Counted from the whole stretch's first letter, positions 37,051-53,294 are shown. The stretch: 63,454 bases of DNA, filler included, from Lenisia limosa (GCA_001655205.1; 20 parts of 20 records of this genome joined end to end with filler, not necessarily neighbours in it), one strand, 5' to 3'. Translations and numbers: made by a program. Notes: a model not told the origin generated them from the letters alone.

Positions 37051-37369
37051 TGGGAAAGGGGTGTGATAATTGTTATAGTATTGGCATTTTTACGCTNNNN
37101 NNNNNNNNNNNNNNNNNNNNNNNNNNNNNNNNNNNNNNNNTTAATTAATTAANNNNNNNNNNNNNNNNNNNNNNNNNNNNNNNNNNNNNNNNNNNNAGAG
37201 AGAGAGAGAGAGAGGGAGAGGGAGAGGGAGAGAGAGACAGACATGTGAAGTTTAGGTGAAGGTTTTAAAAAACAAATTAATAAATCATAGCTTCAATGCT
37301 GGGTTTGCCAGGCCTAAAAGAAGTCCATTTTCTCAAAGGTATGTTGAAAATTTATTTTTTATTCTTACT

Positions 37370-39470
37370 GATTCAGATATTGACCTCAATTGCTGCCCAA
37401 CCGCCATCGCGAGGACTTGGATAATTTGGTAGTTCCCATGGAGATGATCCAACCATTGAATTTGAAGATGAAAAGTTCAAACGAATGGAGGTCACTTGAC
37501 AAAAATGGGTTTTGACAGACATGTGAATTTGTGAAATAAATAGGTCGACCCAAAAACCTATAAATCCAAATTTCTTGAAAAATGACTTAAGTGCTGTTTT
37601 AAAATAAAGTGATTTAAATGACACTTTTGAAAATAGGCTTGGGCCCCTGAATGGAATACATGGATTTAAGAGAAAATTGTGGCAACGTTGAATCATCGGG
37701 ACAAAACTCACCTCACTGAGCGATACACTTATTTCATAAAGTGAAGTATACTGTTGGGAACACAACTTTAATAAGCAAAAAGAGAGAGAAAATAATAAAA
37801 AGAAAGAAACATACAGTTGGAGGGAAGCAACGCGACATGAAGAAAGAAAATGAAATTCAACATATGTAGAGAAAACAAAAAAACTCAAAAATACAGATAG
37901 GAGGAGATTGCTCCTATGTTTCCAAAATGAAAAGACCATATCCACGAAAAAATAATATTATTATCTTCTTAATGGTTTGGGCCACCAAGCACCTTGATTC
38001 GAGAGACGGTGAGTTTGTCTGGTTTGGGCCTCATAGCGTTTATTACTGCTTCGCACTTCTTTCGACCTTCGGAACGATAAAGCTGGAATATGAGTTTTGG
38101 TTTATGTTTGATCCTTTTTTGTACCTCAAAATACTACTTTGTACCCTTGGATTTAGATTACATCTTCATGACACAAAATTGTTAATCCCGTTTAGGGCTT
38201 CCCTTCGGTTCGAAAACGATCAGTAAAATATCGATAGTTTTAGAGAATTTATCGAGAAATTCCGTCTTTTTCGACCAAAGTGAAGCCCTAATCACTATGT
38301 AGTATCCCCACCTATGCACATCATTTACACCCATATTGGATCTACAAAATTATATGATTGCATCCATACTTCTCATGTTCTTTACCCCTCCTCTCTCACC
38401 ACTATTACTACCACTACTGCTCCTCTCTCACCACTATTACTACCACTACTGCTCCTCTCACAATATCCAGCAATTTAGAGGCTTCATCTCGAGTCACACT
38501 TTGGGCTTGACTTGCCGCAAAAACAACAAAGTCCATAACCTGGGTGAAGGTAAAAATGGCAAATTCATGTAACACCACAACACCCTGATCCTTTTGGCTA
38601 ATTCTTTGGGACACAGCGTTTTTTTTTTAATTCATTTTTTTACACAGGGAGAACACACAAAGCCCAGTCTAGTCGCTTCCCAGCACCGCATCCCATCACT
38701 CAAGACAACAAAAAATCAAACAGATGAAATGTGAACAGACAACATCACGACCATTCCTACCAGTTCAAAGTCGATTTGAGAAGACTGAGCAACCTTGAGA
38801 TGCGACCTAATCGGTTATTGGATTACTATTAGGCAGATTATACTATAATCAGTAGTACTTATGTATCAATCTACTCATATGGTCTGAAAATGACCAGTAA
38901 AATGTCAATACTTATCAAAGATAGTTTCAGAAATTTGCTCTTTTTGGAATCAGAGTGAAACCATCGCAGGTGCAGTCAGTGGGTAAAATTGGAAAATCCA
39001 TGAAGGGGGGGGGGGGGGNNNNNNNNNNNNNNNNNNNNNNNNNNNNNNNNNNNNNNNNNNNNNNNNNNNNNNNNNNNNNNNNNNNNNNNNNNNNNNNNNN
39101 NNNNNNNNNNNNNNNNNNNNNNNNNNACTAAAACCGAACAAGTAAACACAGGAAGAAAACAAAGTACTCAATGTGACAACACAAAACAATGAAAAGCCGG
39201 GAAGCGAGTGAAACCCAGTCACCTTGTACCAACAGCGGCCTTGCTGAGTATTCTTTCCGCCATTGACACGGAACGTCTTTGAGGCGACAAAACTTGCAGA
39301 GTTCCTGGGGGTAAGACAGAACAGGGTTCCTCGGGGTAATATCAGGGTACCTGCAAGTAGAGAGGGCACACATCATCACAACCACAAACCATCTTCATCA
39401 TCATCACGCTCATTGGTGTCAACAGGTGAAGTTTCTTCCCGTGGACTAATGCATTCAGATAGAAGATGAG
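37370..39470 (-). CDS. Hypothetical multi-exon protein fragment
   Basis: Exons VMDFVVFAASQAQSVTRDEASKLLDI|gtgag and LYRSEGRKKCEAVINAMRPKPDKLTVSRIK|gtgc, among others. Confidence 0.45.
38193..38290. mobile_element. MITE M1
   Basis: tagggcttcccttcggttcg...cgaccaaagtgaagcccta. Confidence 0.85.
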
Positions 39471-39904
39471 AACTATCTGGAGCAGCTGAAAAATATATAT
39501 ATACAATATATATGCATATATAATATTAAAATCTGAACCAAATTATTTTTCAGACTCGTGGTTTACGTTAAGCATGGTTATATGACATAACATTATGATA
39601 ATTATTTGAAATTCAACACGAAACCTCTGAAACTGTTATTATAAAACCAGGTACTACCCCTCTCCATAATCTCCTTATGCCTTCATATAATACACCTCTC
39701 ACATTTATTTACCCCCCNNNNNNNNNNNNNNNNNNNNNNNNNNNNNNNNNNNNNNNNNNNNNNNNNNNNNNNNNNNNNNNNNNNNNNNNNNNNNNNNNNN
39801 NNNNNNNNNNNNNNNNNNNNNNNNNNNNNNNNNNNNNNNNNNNNNNNNNNNNNNNNNNNNNNNNNNNNNNNNNNNNNNNNNNNNNNNNNNNNNNNNNNNN
39901 NNNN

Positions 39905-41697
39905 GTGTCTGCCGTTGCTGCTGTTTTCTGGGGCTGTGTGATGAAGTAAATATTATAACTATGTCGTTAATGCTGTTTTCTGGGGCCGTGTGATGAAGTA
40001 AATATTATAATTATGTCGTTAATGCTGTTTTCTGGGGCTGCGGTGTGATATGGTTTGTACATGTGGGGATATGCGATTGGGGGAGTAAAATTGAAAATTT
40101 ATCAAACAAAAAAAAAAGAATAAAATCAACTCTCTTGGCTAGTATCACACGAGGTTTAAAACAAAACAAAGACCTGGGGGATATAGTGAAATGAAAGAAC
40201 CTTTCCCACCTCCAGTAACGCCGTACTTTCCCCACCTCCAGTAACGCCGTACTTATTGACGAGGTATGCCAAGACGTTGAGACGTGCTGAGATCTGCTTG
40301 AATGTGGCCGCCTTGAAGCCTCCAAGCTGGATATAAGAATGGGGGTACAGATGGGTGAATTTCTCGAAAAATCCTTGGCATTTTGCCTGATCAAATAATT
40401 GTCCCTTACCCTAGAAGGCCCTCTGACGGTACTTGCGCCGCGGTCCTTAGCTAGTGCATATGCAACAAGGGCAGGACCAACACCCGGGGATGCCGAGGCA
40501 TCAATGAGGGCTTTTCGGGCAACATCACGAAGACGTGTGTCTGGGGGGGGGGGGGGNNNNNNNNNNNNNNNNNNNNNNNNNNNNNNNNNNNNNNNNNNNN
40601 NNNNNNNNNNNNNNNNNNNNNNNNNNNNNNNNNNNNNNGCAGGGAAGCCCTTGAAAAGATAACACCTGCATTATACCTGGGGCTACTCCAGTCCCCAAAA
40701 AGAACGGTAAAATATCGGAATGATTACCACGGATTATTTGAGAATTTAGTCATTCTTTTGTCATCGAAGTGATAATCCCCCCCCCCCCCCNNNNNNNNNN
40801 NNNNNNNNNNNNNNNNNNNNNNNNNNNNNNNNNNNNNNNNNNNNNNNNNNNNNNNNNNNNNNNNNNNNNNNNNNNNNNNNNNNNNNNNNNNNNNNNNNNN
40901 NNNNNNNNNNNNNNNNNNNNNNNNNNNNNNNNNNNNNNNNNNNNNNNNNNNNNNNNNNNNNNNNNNNNNNNNNNNNNNNNNNNNNNNNNNNNNNNNNNNN
41001 NNNNNNNNNNNNNNNNNNNNNNNNNNNNNNNNNACATTGCTAGTGCTTCACTTCGGTTCTCCACCCCAGGAACATTACTAGAGCTTCACTTCGGTTCGAA
41101 AAAAGACTGAATTTATCGACAAATCGTCTAAAACTATCGATAATTTACCGGTCTTTTTTCGAACCGAAGAAAAGCCTCCCAATACATAACCCCTGCACAT
41201 AAAAGCTGAAGTAGCAGCAATTAGAACTTTGTGGTTGCCGGCGTCTTCCGTGGATTCACAAAGCATTTCCAGAAGGAGAGGGAGACTGTCTGAGTGGAGG
41301 TGAATACTAGTTGTTTATGATGAAACATAACNNNNNNNNNNNNNNNNNNNNNNNNNNNNNNNNNNNNNNNNNNNNNNNNNNNNNNNNNNNNNNNNNNNNN
41401 NNNNNNNNNNNNNNNNNNNNNNNNNNNNNNNNNNNNNNNNNNNNNNNNNNNNNNNNNNNNNNNNNNNNNNNNNNNNNNNNNNNNNNNNNNNNNNNNNNNN
41501 AGATATGAATTTCAACATTATGGAGATATATTGTCATTTTAAACCTACCAAAATAGGGTCCCACATATCAAGAATCCCACAACCTACCATAAGAGGAAAG
41601 TCCCGGCAGAGATGCGGCAATATTGACCCAGGAAAGATGGCGGTGCTGCCAGTGTACTGACACCAATCCTCGGGCCTCATCCTCTCCAAATGCTCTN
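39905..41697 (-). CDS. TOG/HEAT-domain protein fragment, CEP104-like
   Basis: Exons RAFGEDEARGLVSVHWQHRHLS; LLEMLC...VLIAATSAFMCRG; VIFSRASL; TRLRDVARKALIDAS...; KQISARLNVLAYLVNKYGVTG. Order and spacing match the CEP104 TOG as I recall it. Confidence 0.5.
39919..40040. repeat. 52-bp tandem repeat, about 2.3 copies, spanning a 3' splice site
   Basis: Units start at 39919, 39971 and 40023. Confidence 0.9.
41079..41177. mobile_element. MITE M1
   Basis: tagagcttcacttcggttcgaaaaaagac...gtcttttttcgaaccgaagaaaagcct. Confidence 0.85.
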
Positions 41698-41989
41698 NNN
41701 NNNNNNNNNNNNNNNNNNNNNNNNNNNNNNNNNNNNNNNNTTAATTAATTAANNNNNNNNNNNNNNNNNNNNNNNNNNNNNNNNNNNNNNNNNNNNAAGG
41801 GGGGGATGGCGTCGAGTGTGTGTGTGAGGGGGGGTAGGAATAAGGATATGATATACACAGTGGCCGTGATAAGTCCTAAAACGTTTGACTACATATAACG
41901 CAAAATAATCATGTTAAATTGAAATTCTCTTTCTTATAAAAAAAAACTACAATCCCCAAAGTGAATAAGTGCCCTCTAACCTGTGAAAC

Positions 41990-43303
41990 AACGTGATCGG
42001 GGGAAGTGTAGTAGCTGCCTACGAGAACTGTACACCCACCGTCACCGTCCCCTAAATTTCCTGTTAATTCCTAACGAAACAGAGCCACAAAAAAATCTGC
42101 CATTACATTAAATAGTCCCAAGGACCCATCATAAAAACACCCATAAAATAATTGTGTTATCGCCTGCAACAACCCCCACAATATTTCTCTCAAAAAATAA
42201 AAATAGTCTCTTCTCCCTCTAACATACAGCATCACCCCCCCCCCCACCTTGGGTACCAAACGGACAAAGTTCACATCCTTCAGCAGCTAAAGTGNNNNNN
42301 NNNNNNNNNNNNNNNNNNNNNNNNNNNNNNNNNNNNNNNNNNNNNNNNNNNNNNNNNNNNNNNNNNNNNNNNNNNNNNNNNNNNNNNNNNNNNNNNNNNN
42401 NNNNNNNNNNNNNNNNNNNNNNNNNNNNNNNNNNNNNNNNNNNNNNNNNNNNNNNNNNNNNNNNNNNNNNNNNNNNNNNNNNNNNNAAGAAATAACAAAG
42501 TTCACACTCCTTGACAACAAGCTTATACAGTGACTGTGATATCCTGACACGGAGATTGAGATGAATACATTCAATCTTGTCAGGACTTATCGAGGTCACT
42601 GTACATCTTTGAATATGATATATGCGACAAGGAAAAATCGGGAAAATAATTTCATTTGAAGAAACACTAGTTCACGTAATATACGATCTTTTTTTCTGTC
42701 GCAATTAAAGTCAAAAAGTCGGCGCTTACCAGGTCGAAAGTAAGGTGTACGGTGCACTGGGAATTCCGTTGATGCACTAAAGGATAAGTATTTGAGACAC
42801 TATGAAGAATAAAAGAAATAAATTGATGAGGACTCCTAAAGAAAGCAAGAAATGGATAAATAAAGCATTTAATGAGTAGTGAAAAACAAGAACCTAATTT
42901 ACTGCAGTGATTGAAAGAATAGAAAGTAATCAATGGGTGAAGATTAGGGCTTCATTTTGGTTCAAAACGATCGGGAAAATATCGATAGTTTTCGAGGATT
43001 TATCGACAAATTCATTCTTTTTCGAACCGAAGTGAAGCCCTAGTTATGACCGTAATTAAGGGGATAGTTAAATAATATTAATCGATAATGTTGTAAAGTT
43101 TTTTTAAAGTGAAGTCTCTATTGAATCTATCATCACAAGGGTCCGGCAGTTTAAACTGTAATGGATAAGTCAAGAAACTGAAACTTAAGGGGGAAAATAT
43201 ACCGTTAGCTTGATCGTATTGGTTTTTAGAATAAGACAATATAGTATGTGCCAGACATACCGGTAAAACAGCCGTCATTGCAAAGCTTGGACAATATCCT
43301 TCC
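41990..43303 (-). CDS. Hypothetical protein fragment
   Basis: Small exons LLKDVNFVRLVPK|gtggg and GDGDGGCTVLVGSYYTSPDHVVSQ|gttag. Confidence 0.35.
42528..42601. mobile_element. MITE M2
   Basis: ta|cagtgactgtgatatcctgaca...tgtcaggacttatcgaggtcactg|ta. Confidence 0.8.
42945..43042. mobile_element. MITE M1
   Basis: tagggcttcattttggttc...ttcgaaccgaagtgaagcccta. Confidence 0.85.
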
Positions 43304-43479
43304 NNNNNNNNNNNNNNNNNNNNNNNNNNNNNNNNNNNNNNNNNNNNTTAATTAATTAANNNNNNNNNNNNNNNNNNNNNNNNNNNNNNNNNNNNNNNNN
43401 NNNGGGGAGAGTAAAATTGGAAAATATATTTAAAGACTGTTTTTGATTCGGGGACAACCTTCTTACTCCCTTCTCCCAC

Positions 43480-46776
<3,297 letters not shown>

Positions 46777-47030
46777 NNNNNNNNNNNNNNNNNNNNNNNN
46801 NNNNNNNNNNNNNNNNNNNNTTAATTAATTAANNNNNNNNNNNNNNNNNNNNNNNNNNNNNNNNNNNNNNNNNNNNCCCAAACAAAAAAACAAAAAAAAC
46901 AAGCAATAGCAAACAGAGGGGGAAGGATGGTGAGGAGGGAGGGGAGGTGATGATAAGGGCAACGGTGCACTACAACTTTCATCCTAATGCCCATCTCTCG
47001 CTTTCTTGCTACAATTCTACAACCTCGCCA

Positions 47031-47111
47031 AGGGTTACTTCGGTTCGAAAAATTCCGTAAAATATCGAAAGTTTTCGAGGTCAGTCTTTTTTCGAACTGA
47101 AGTAAGCCCTA
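47031..47111. mobile_element. MITE M1 (internally deleted)
   Basis: agggttacttcggttcg...ttcgaactgaagtaagcccta. Confidence 0.75.
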
Positions 47112-47862
47112 ACCCCACCACCACCCCACAAGTCGGTCTCGGTCAAGGAACTTCCAGTGGTTTCGCGTATTTATCGTCATAAGAGCTTGATTGGCTGAAT
47201 AATGAGAAAATGAGAGTTGAGAGGTCTGGACCTGTTTGAAATAAATAAACAAGATTCGCAAAAGCAACTAATATTTGAACCGGCAAGTGGCAAAATAGTA
47301 TTCATCCATTCCAGTCTTCTTTTTCTTTGGAGAGTCCCCCCCCCCCCCNNNNNNNNNNNNNNNNNNNNNNNNNNNNNNNNNNNNNNNNNNNNNNNNNNNN
47401 NNNNNNNNNNNNNNNNNNNNNNNNNNNNNNNNNNNNNNNNNNNNNNNNNNNNNNNNNNNNNNNNNNNNNNNNNNNNNNNNNNNNNNNNNNNNNNNNNNNN
47501 NNNNNNNNNNNNNNNNNNNNNNNNNNNNNNNNNNNNNNNNNNNNNNNNNNNNNNNNNNNNNNNNNNNNAGCTTCAAGACGCTTCCCCCGACATATGGTCC
47601 TAATGAGTATTTGTTTCCCTTGTCTTGTATTCAATACTTTTTTTTAAAAAAAAGCAAAATGAATGATATAAAGAAGATACCTCCATCCCCCTCCCACGGC
47701 TGGTAAAGCATAGATAACGAATCATCCTGTTGTCTTGATAAAACATCCTGAATTGTCAAATGAGCTTCAACCCCCCAATAAACAACACTCACATTTCAGG
47801 ATCTGAATCTGATATAGGTTCAAATAATAATCATAAAAAAATCAAACATGGTAATGCAAAAC

Positions 47863-50800
47863 CGCCCTCCAACCTGCAGATCCACGGTATACGACGGGAT
47901 CGGGAAAGAGAACACCTCGGAAGCGGCACTCCGAGCTGACGCCCGCGGAACATCAAAAGTCCCACTTCCACGAGGCAAATCAGTAAATGTGCCTCCTCGG
48001 CCGAACACTCTGGAGCCTCCTCCTTCCTCAGTGCGATTCAGCGATTGGTAACTGGGGCGTAAAATATGTATAAAAAAAACCTTATTATTTGTGATTTTTC
48101 CAACCTTTCAAGATTCTATCCCAACCCACGAGTAAGAAGTTGCCAAATGAGGCAAGTTTGTCGGAGATTGTGGTGTTGCTGGGAACTGATATTGGACATA
48201 GCCGAAGCTTTCGGTACTGGCGGCGGACTGCAAACGGGGTGGTCGTCGGCCTGGGGGGGGGGGGGNNNNNNNNNNNNNNNNNNNNNNNNNNNNNNNNNNN
48301 NNNNNNNNNNNNNNNNNNNNNNNNNNNNNNNNNNNNNNNNNNNNNNNNNNNNNNNNNTCGTAAATATTTATGGGAAATGGCCCAAAATCATTCTGTGTTG
48401 CCAGAAACAGACGAAAACAAACAAATCCCAGGCTAGCCGCTTCTGCAGCACCGCATCCCATCACTCCAACAAACAAATCCCAGGATCCATGTAAGAAAAG
48501 TGGTGATCTAAAGATAAACTCTTTGTTAAATCACCATTGATATCCCCAATAGAGTAGGTCAACCAACCAGGTGACGTGACAACGTCTTTGTCTTTCTGGA
48601 CCGCAGGTAGGGGGGCCTTGTGGCCTGGCATACTGTGACTGAAGGACATGCGCTTCAGCGGAGCTGTGCGGGGTTAGCTTCTCAAATTGCAATTCTCATG
48701 TGGTTTCAATACCCAAAATGATAAGTAGAGATGAGAAACAAAACAAAAAAAAAGTATCATTGTCTATTTGTGTATGGAGCAAGTACCCCTAACCAGCTTC
48801 GGGTAGCGCGGAACTATGCTGGCTGGCGGGGACCGAGCAGCATGATTCACTGTCACTTTCAGAGTTCAGAGAGTGCGCCACAAGAGGGAGCGGTTTCAGC
48901 TGCAATTGTTGGGGAGGGGTACGACGGGATCAAATATTGTGTATGATATATAGCTACAGTATATACATAATATCCAAGGAGAAGAGGGGTAATATATCAA
49001 TGGAGATTACTGTATTTTGAAACACAAATAGATTAATACAGCTTTTAGAGGATCACCGTCGAAATGATTAAAAACAAAAGCACAAGGCACGCGCGGGTAG
49101 GGGGGGGGGGGGGNNNNNNNNNNNNNNNNNNNNNNNNNNNNNNNNNNNNNNNNNNNNNNNNNNNNNNNNNNNNNNNNNNNNNNNNNNNNNNNNNNNNNNN
49201 NNNNNNNNNATGCTTATCAGAAAAACGGATTCCCACTTTGGGAACACTGGTATCGTGTTCCTCGGAAAAGCTCTCGCTTGTGCCTCGGTGCCTCGATACC
49301 TGGGTCAGGTAAAAGAGAACAAATGAAGTGAGGGTGTAGAAACTATTACAATCATGCTGTCAAAGTTGTTGAACAACTGTTGGTTGGTACTAAATGGCAG
49401 TATCCATGAAGAAGGCCCAATTCCAACCTCGGAATAAAACGAGGCGGATTTGGAGATAATTGCCATATGCGGCATTGTTGGCCCAGGGTCACGAATGTTC
49501 ATGGGTCTTATATTCCTAAATATGGTAACTATGGACAAATTGAAAAGCAAGAATAGGTTCCTCAAATAAAAATAATATTCCGAACTTCCGACTAACCTGC
49601 AAAGGTTAAATATGTACAAGTTGGAAGTATAAGCTTGTTAAGGAGAATTAATTACTTTACGCAATAGTTCTTTAAATAGCAAAACCAACTTGATTCGTTT
49701 GAATGACGTGAGCGTATTGAAGGATACGACCACAGTACCGGGGGAACATGACTTTTCTATCTGGTTCGCAATCTGTGTGACATCACCCCACTAAAGTGTA
49801 AGTAATGAAAGCAGTGTAGGCATTATTTAAGAGCGGTATGAAATCAAAACACCGCACCCCCCAGACCAGGATATAGCGAGTATTACAGAGCCCAACAGTC
49901 CCTGCGTTGGCGCCACCAGTTGCCACGCCCACGCGCGCCAAGATGGGGCTGATACCGTCTCCAGCAGAGTGCGCATTAATTTGGTCAATGAGAGCGGGGA
50001 CACACACCTTATAGAGTAAGTTGAGAGAAATTGCTTAATAAGGATATCAGATGATAAGATTTGAAATCACATAGCACATAAGATACATACAATCCGGGAT
50101 AAGTCTTGACCTATTTTCATTGGAAATTCACAAAGCAAATTAGCTAAGACTTATCCCAGTCACTGTATATCACAGCAACATGCAACCCTCAACCCACTGC
50201 GGTGGCGACACTTTGCCTTGAATGGTCCAAGTCGTCTTCCGAACCAAATACGGCTGTCCAATGTTCGCCTTTGTAATTAGATCATTGTATTAAAATGCGA
50301 TTGAGTGGGTGCATAGAGGGGAGGGGGATCCGTTCAAACAGGACAGGATAGCATTGAGTATCCTTATATGATATGTAAAAGATAGACTGTTTTTTCAAAA
50401 AAATAGTCATCGCTCAGTGTTTAAAAGTTCATCCACTCCATTTTTATGGAGGAAAATAATTATGCATGAATAATCAGAGANNNNNNNNNNNNNNNNNNNN
50501 NNNNNNNNNNNNNNNNNNNNNNNNNNNNNNNNNNNNNNNNNNNNNNNNNNNNNNNNNNNNNNNNNNNNNNNNNNNNGAATCCAATGATGCCATTAGATGC
50601 AACAGTAAGTTCATCGTCTGGGTAGTTATAGGACAGCTTATCCACGGTTTTATCATCCAATTTGTATTCTCACAACTAGAGCTTTACTTCGGTTCAAAAA
50701 AAAAAACACGGAAAAATATCGATAGTTTTCGAGGATTTATCGAAAAATTCAGTCTTTTACTGAAGTGAAGCCCTACTCACAACCTATGAACTTAATTAAA

Positions 50801-52480
50801 GATAAAAGAGCAATTTCATTATCCTGAGAAGTGCGGGTAATATAAAAAAAAAGCTCATTCCAACCTGAGAGGGCGTAATCGTTGAAACAAGTGCCGGGAA
50901 ATTGTCGATAGTTACCTAAAAAGGATATGAAAGTAAACTATCATAATGAACAAATGTAAAAAAAATCAATCCCCGGCACCTGTGTCACCGATACCGGGTG
51001 AGGCAGGTTAGCCGTAACAGCCGGTTTTACGATATTAGTTCTATTTGACATGAGGACTGGTAGAATGCCTCGAGGAACCAGGAAACGAAGAAGGCCTGTT
51101 GAGGCTTTATGCTGTCGGCCACGGATGACCTGAGCGGTGATGAGCGCGCCGAAGAATTAGTTCCGAAAAAAGTTGTTTTTAAATGAAGAATTTTTGGTAT
51201 CCCTGTGTATTTATTTGTTTCCCTAGGTTTCTAATGTATAATATTTCTCTTGTTCAAAAAAGAATCCCTAGAGCTTGCCTCCTTCACCTACATTGGACTT
51301 GAATGAGAAAATAAACTGCTTGAAGGAAGTATCAAGTAAACTGAAGGCTGATGGCACAAATAACATCAAAAACGTGGCTCTGTGGGAGGGATCAGTTATA
51401 CGTAGGTCTCAAAACGCCTGAAATTTCACTAAAACACCAATAATTATCAATTTGCCCTTGTTTGGACCACAGCTAAACAAGGTTGAATACATGCGAACGA
51501 ACTCACCGCATTAAAATGTTATTGACTTTCACGTTCTGTAGAATAGAGGAGACAATAAGTGAGCCCGAAGAAATGATCGCAAACGTTCCTCTAAAACAAT
51601 GTAAAATGAAACACTCATTTGAAAAAAGGTGAGTTTTCATAAAAAAAAACCCTACGAAAAAAGAGATATTATTTCAACTCAATTGGCTTATCCCCATAGT
51701 TTTAAGAGAGTGTATTGCCTTAGCTCTATTGGCTTCTCCCCATAATGTTAAGAGAGTGTGCCCCCCCACGAAAGAAGCGAGCCAACTCGCATGAATACGA
51801 GAGCGAAGAAAACGAAAAAGACTGCCAGCACTCCTCTCTGTGGGTGTGTTTCGAGATCTTGGGGTATCAAAGAGATCGACGCCAGGGCTGTGGGGAGGGG
51901 GAGTAAAATTGGAAAATTTATGGNNNNNNNNNNNNNNNNNNNNNNNNNNNNNNNNNNNNNNNNNNNNNNNNNNNNNNNNNNNNNNNNNNNNNNNNNNNNN
52001 NNNNNNNNNNNNNNNNNNNNNAGCAATGAATATTTCGAATATGAATACTGGCAGAAAGTTACCGGATGAGCATGTAGAAATAATAAAATAATGTAGAATT
52101 CAACTCTTTCATACTGAGAAAAAATGCGGTGGTTTGTCTGAGATGGGTCTCGGATACAGCAAGGGGTGAGCAGTAGGCGAGAAGGACAAAGAAAATGGAA
52201 GCCGAGCGAAGCGCTAAATGCGTCTGTGTGGTTAGTAGGCTTGCAAAAGACCGAAAACAAAATTGAACACCCAATAAAATAGCATATGGTATGTGGTAAC
52301 GATTTGAACTAATACGGATCCCTTGACCCAAAAATGTTCATATCATATTATACTCCTGTGAACTGTGGCCAGCATCCCCCATACCTTGTAATCACTCTCC
52401 TTGTCGAATACCAAGACACTGATAAATGACACGGAGATGAGGGCAAGGGCGCAGAGCAGAAAGCGTTGGAGCGAGTTCTT
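47863..52480 (-). CDS. Membrane protein with a degenerate class III cyclase-like domain
   Basis: Hydrophobic exons (NSLQRFLLCALALISVSFISVLVF; ATFLMLFVPSAF), then LLRFLVPRGILPVLMS, TMNLLLHLMASLD, GEHWTAVFG...DHSRQSVATAV, LARVGVATGGANAGTVGLCNTRY, then a Ser/Pro-rich tail. Confidence 0.55.
48251..48474 (-). mobile_element. Family A intronic repeat (~150 bp); here it forms essentially the whole intron
   Basis: gtttgttggagtgatgggatgcggtgctgcagaagc...cctggg...(gap)...ccccccccccag, with in-phase flanking exons. Confidence 0.8.
50677..50775. mobile_element. MITE M1
   Basis: tagagctttacttcggttc...ctgaagtgaagcccta. Confidence 0.8.
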
Positions 52481-52535
52481 CAGGGTTAGTACAAAGCAAC
52501 AGGAAGTTCTTCAGGGTTAGTACAAAGCAACAGGA
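52474..52535. repeat. Perfect 31-bp tandem duplication of branch point plus acceptor
   Basis: agttcttcagggttagtacaaagcaacagga x2. The minus strand contains TACTAAC...aag|aac. Confidence 0.95.
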
Positions 52536-53294
52536 AATTTCGTATGATACTGTCATATTCTAAGGTGAGTCTGAGTAACCAACGCTTTACCCCCTCACAA
52601 GGCCAGAATCGAAAAAGGCATCAAGCACGTCGACACTGGTAATGGCAAATTTACTGAGAGCCGACTGAGGCTAAAGCGGTTAGAAAGAGTCAACAAATTA
52701 CTGCTTCCCCAAATAGCTAGGAACACTCCCAAGACAACATTCCTTCACCACTATGTCACTATTGCACACTACATTGCCAAGAACGGCATTTGCTCCCATA
52801 TATTTCTTAATAACTTCACCCCTCTATACCGTTTCATCATCGGGTAGAACTGAGTCAAATGCAATCCGACCCGTGAGCCCTACGTCTTTCTAAAGTTGTA
52901 AATTGATTGGTCGTGTAATATCTGGCATAAGTCCAGATTATATCCATCCAAAACTAGGTAGCCTACTTTTGTCAAACACACCACCACGTCTGGAACTTTG
53001 GTGACAGAAGGAACTCCAAATACCTCGGATAAGTGACCTAAACAAGAGTGAAATAACAGGCGGATGTTATGAAAATAATGGTTCAGAAGTAATGGCTCAA
53101 AACCAAANNNNNNNNNNNNNNNNNNNNNNNNNNNNNNNNNNNNNNNNNNNNTTAATTAATTAANNNNNNNNNNNNNNNNNNNNNNNNNNNNNNNNNNNNN
53201 NNNNNNNATGATGATGAGCTCAGGGAGGGCTATTGGGTGGGAGGATTTATATCTGTATATGATCATATAATATAGTATATCAATATATAGTGCT

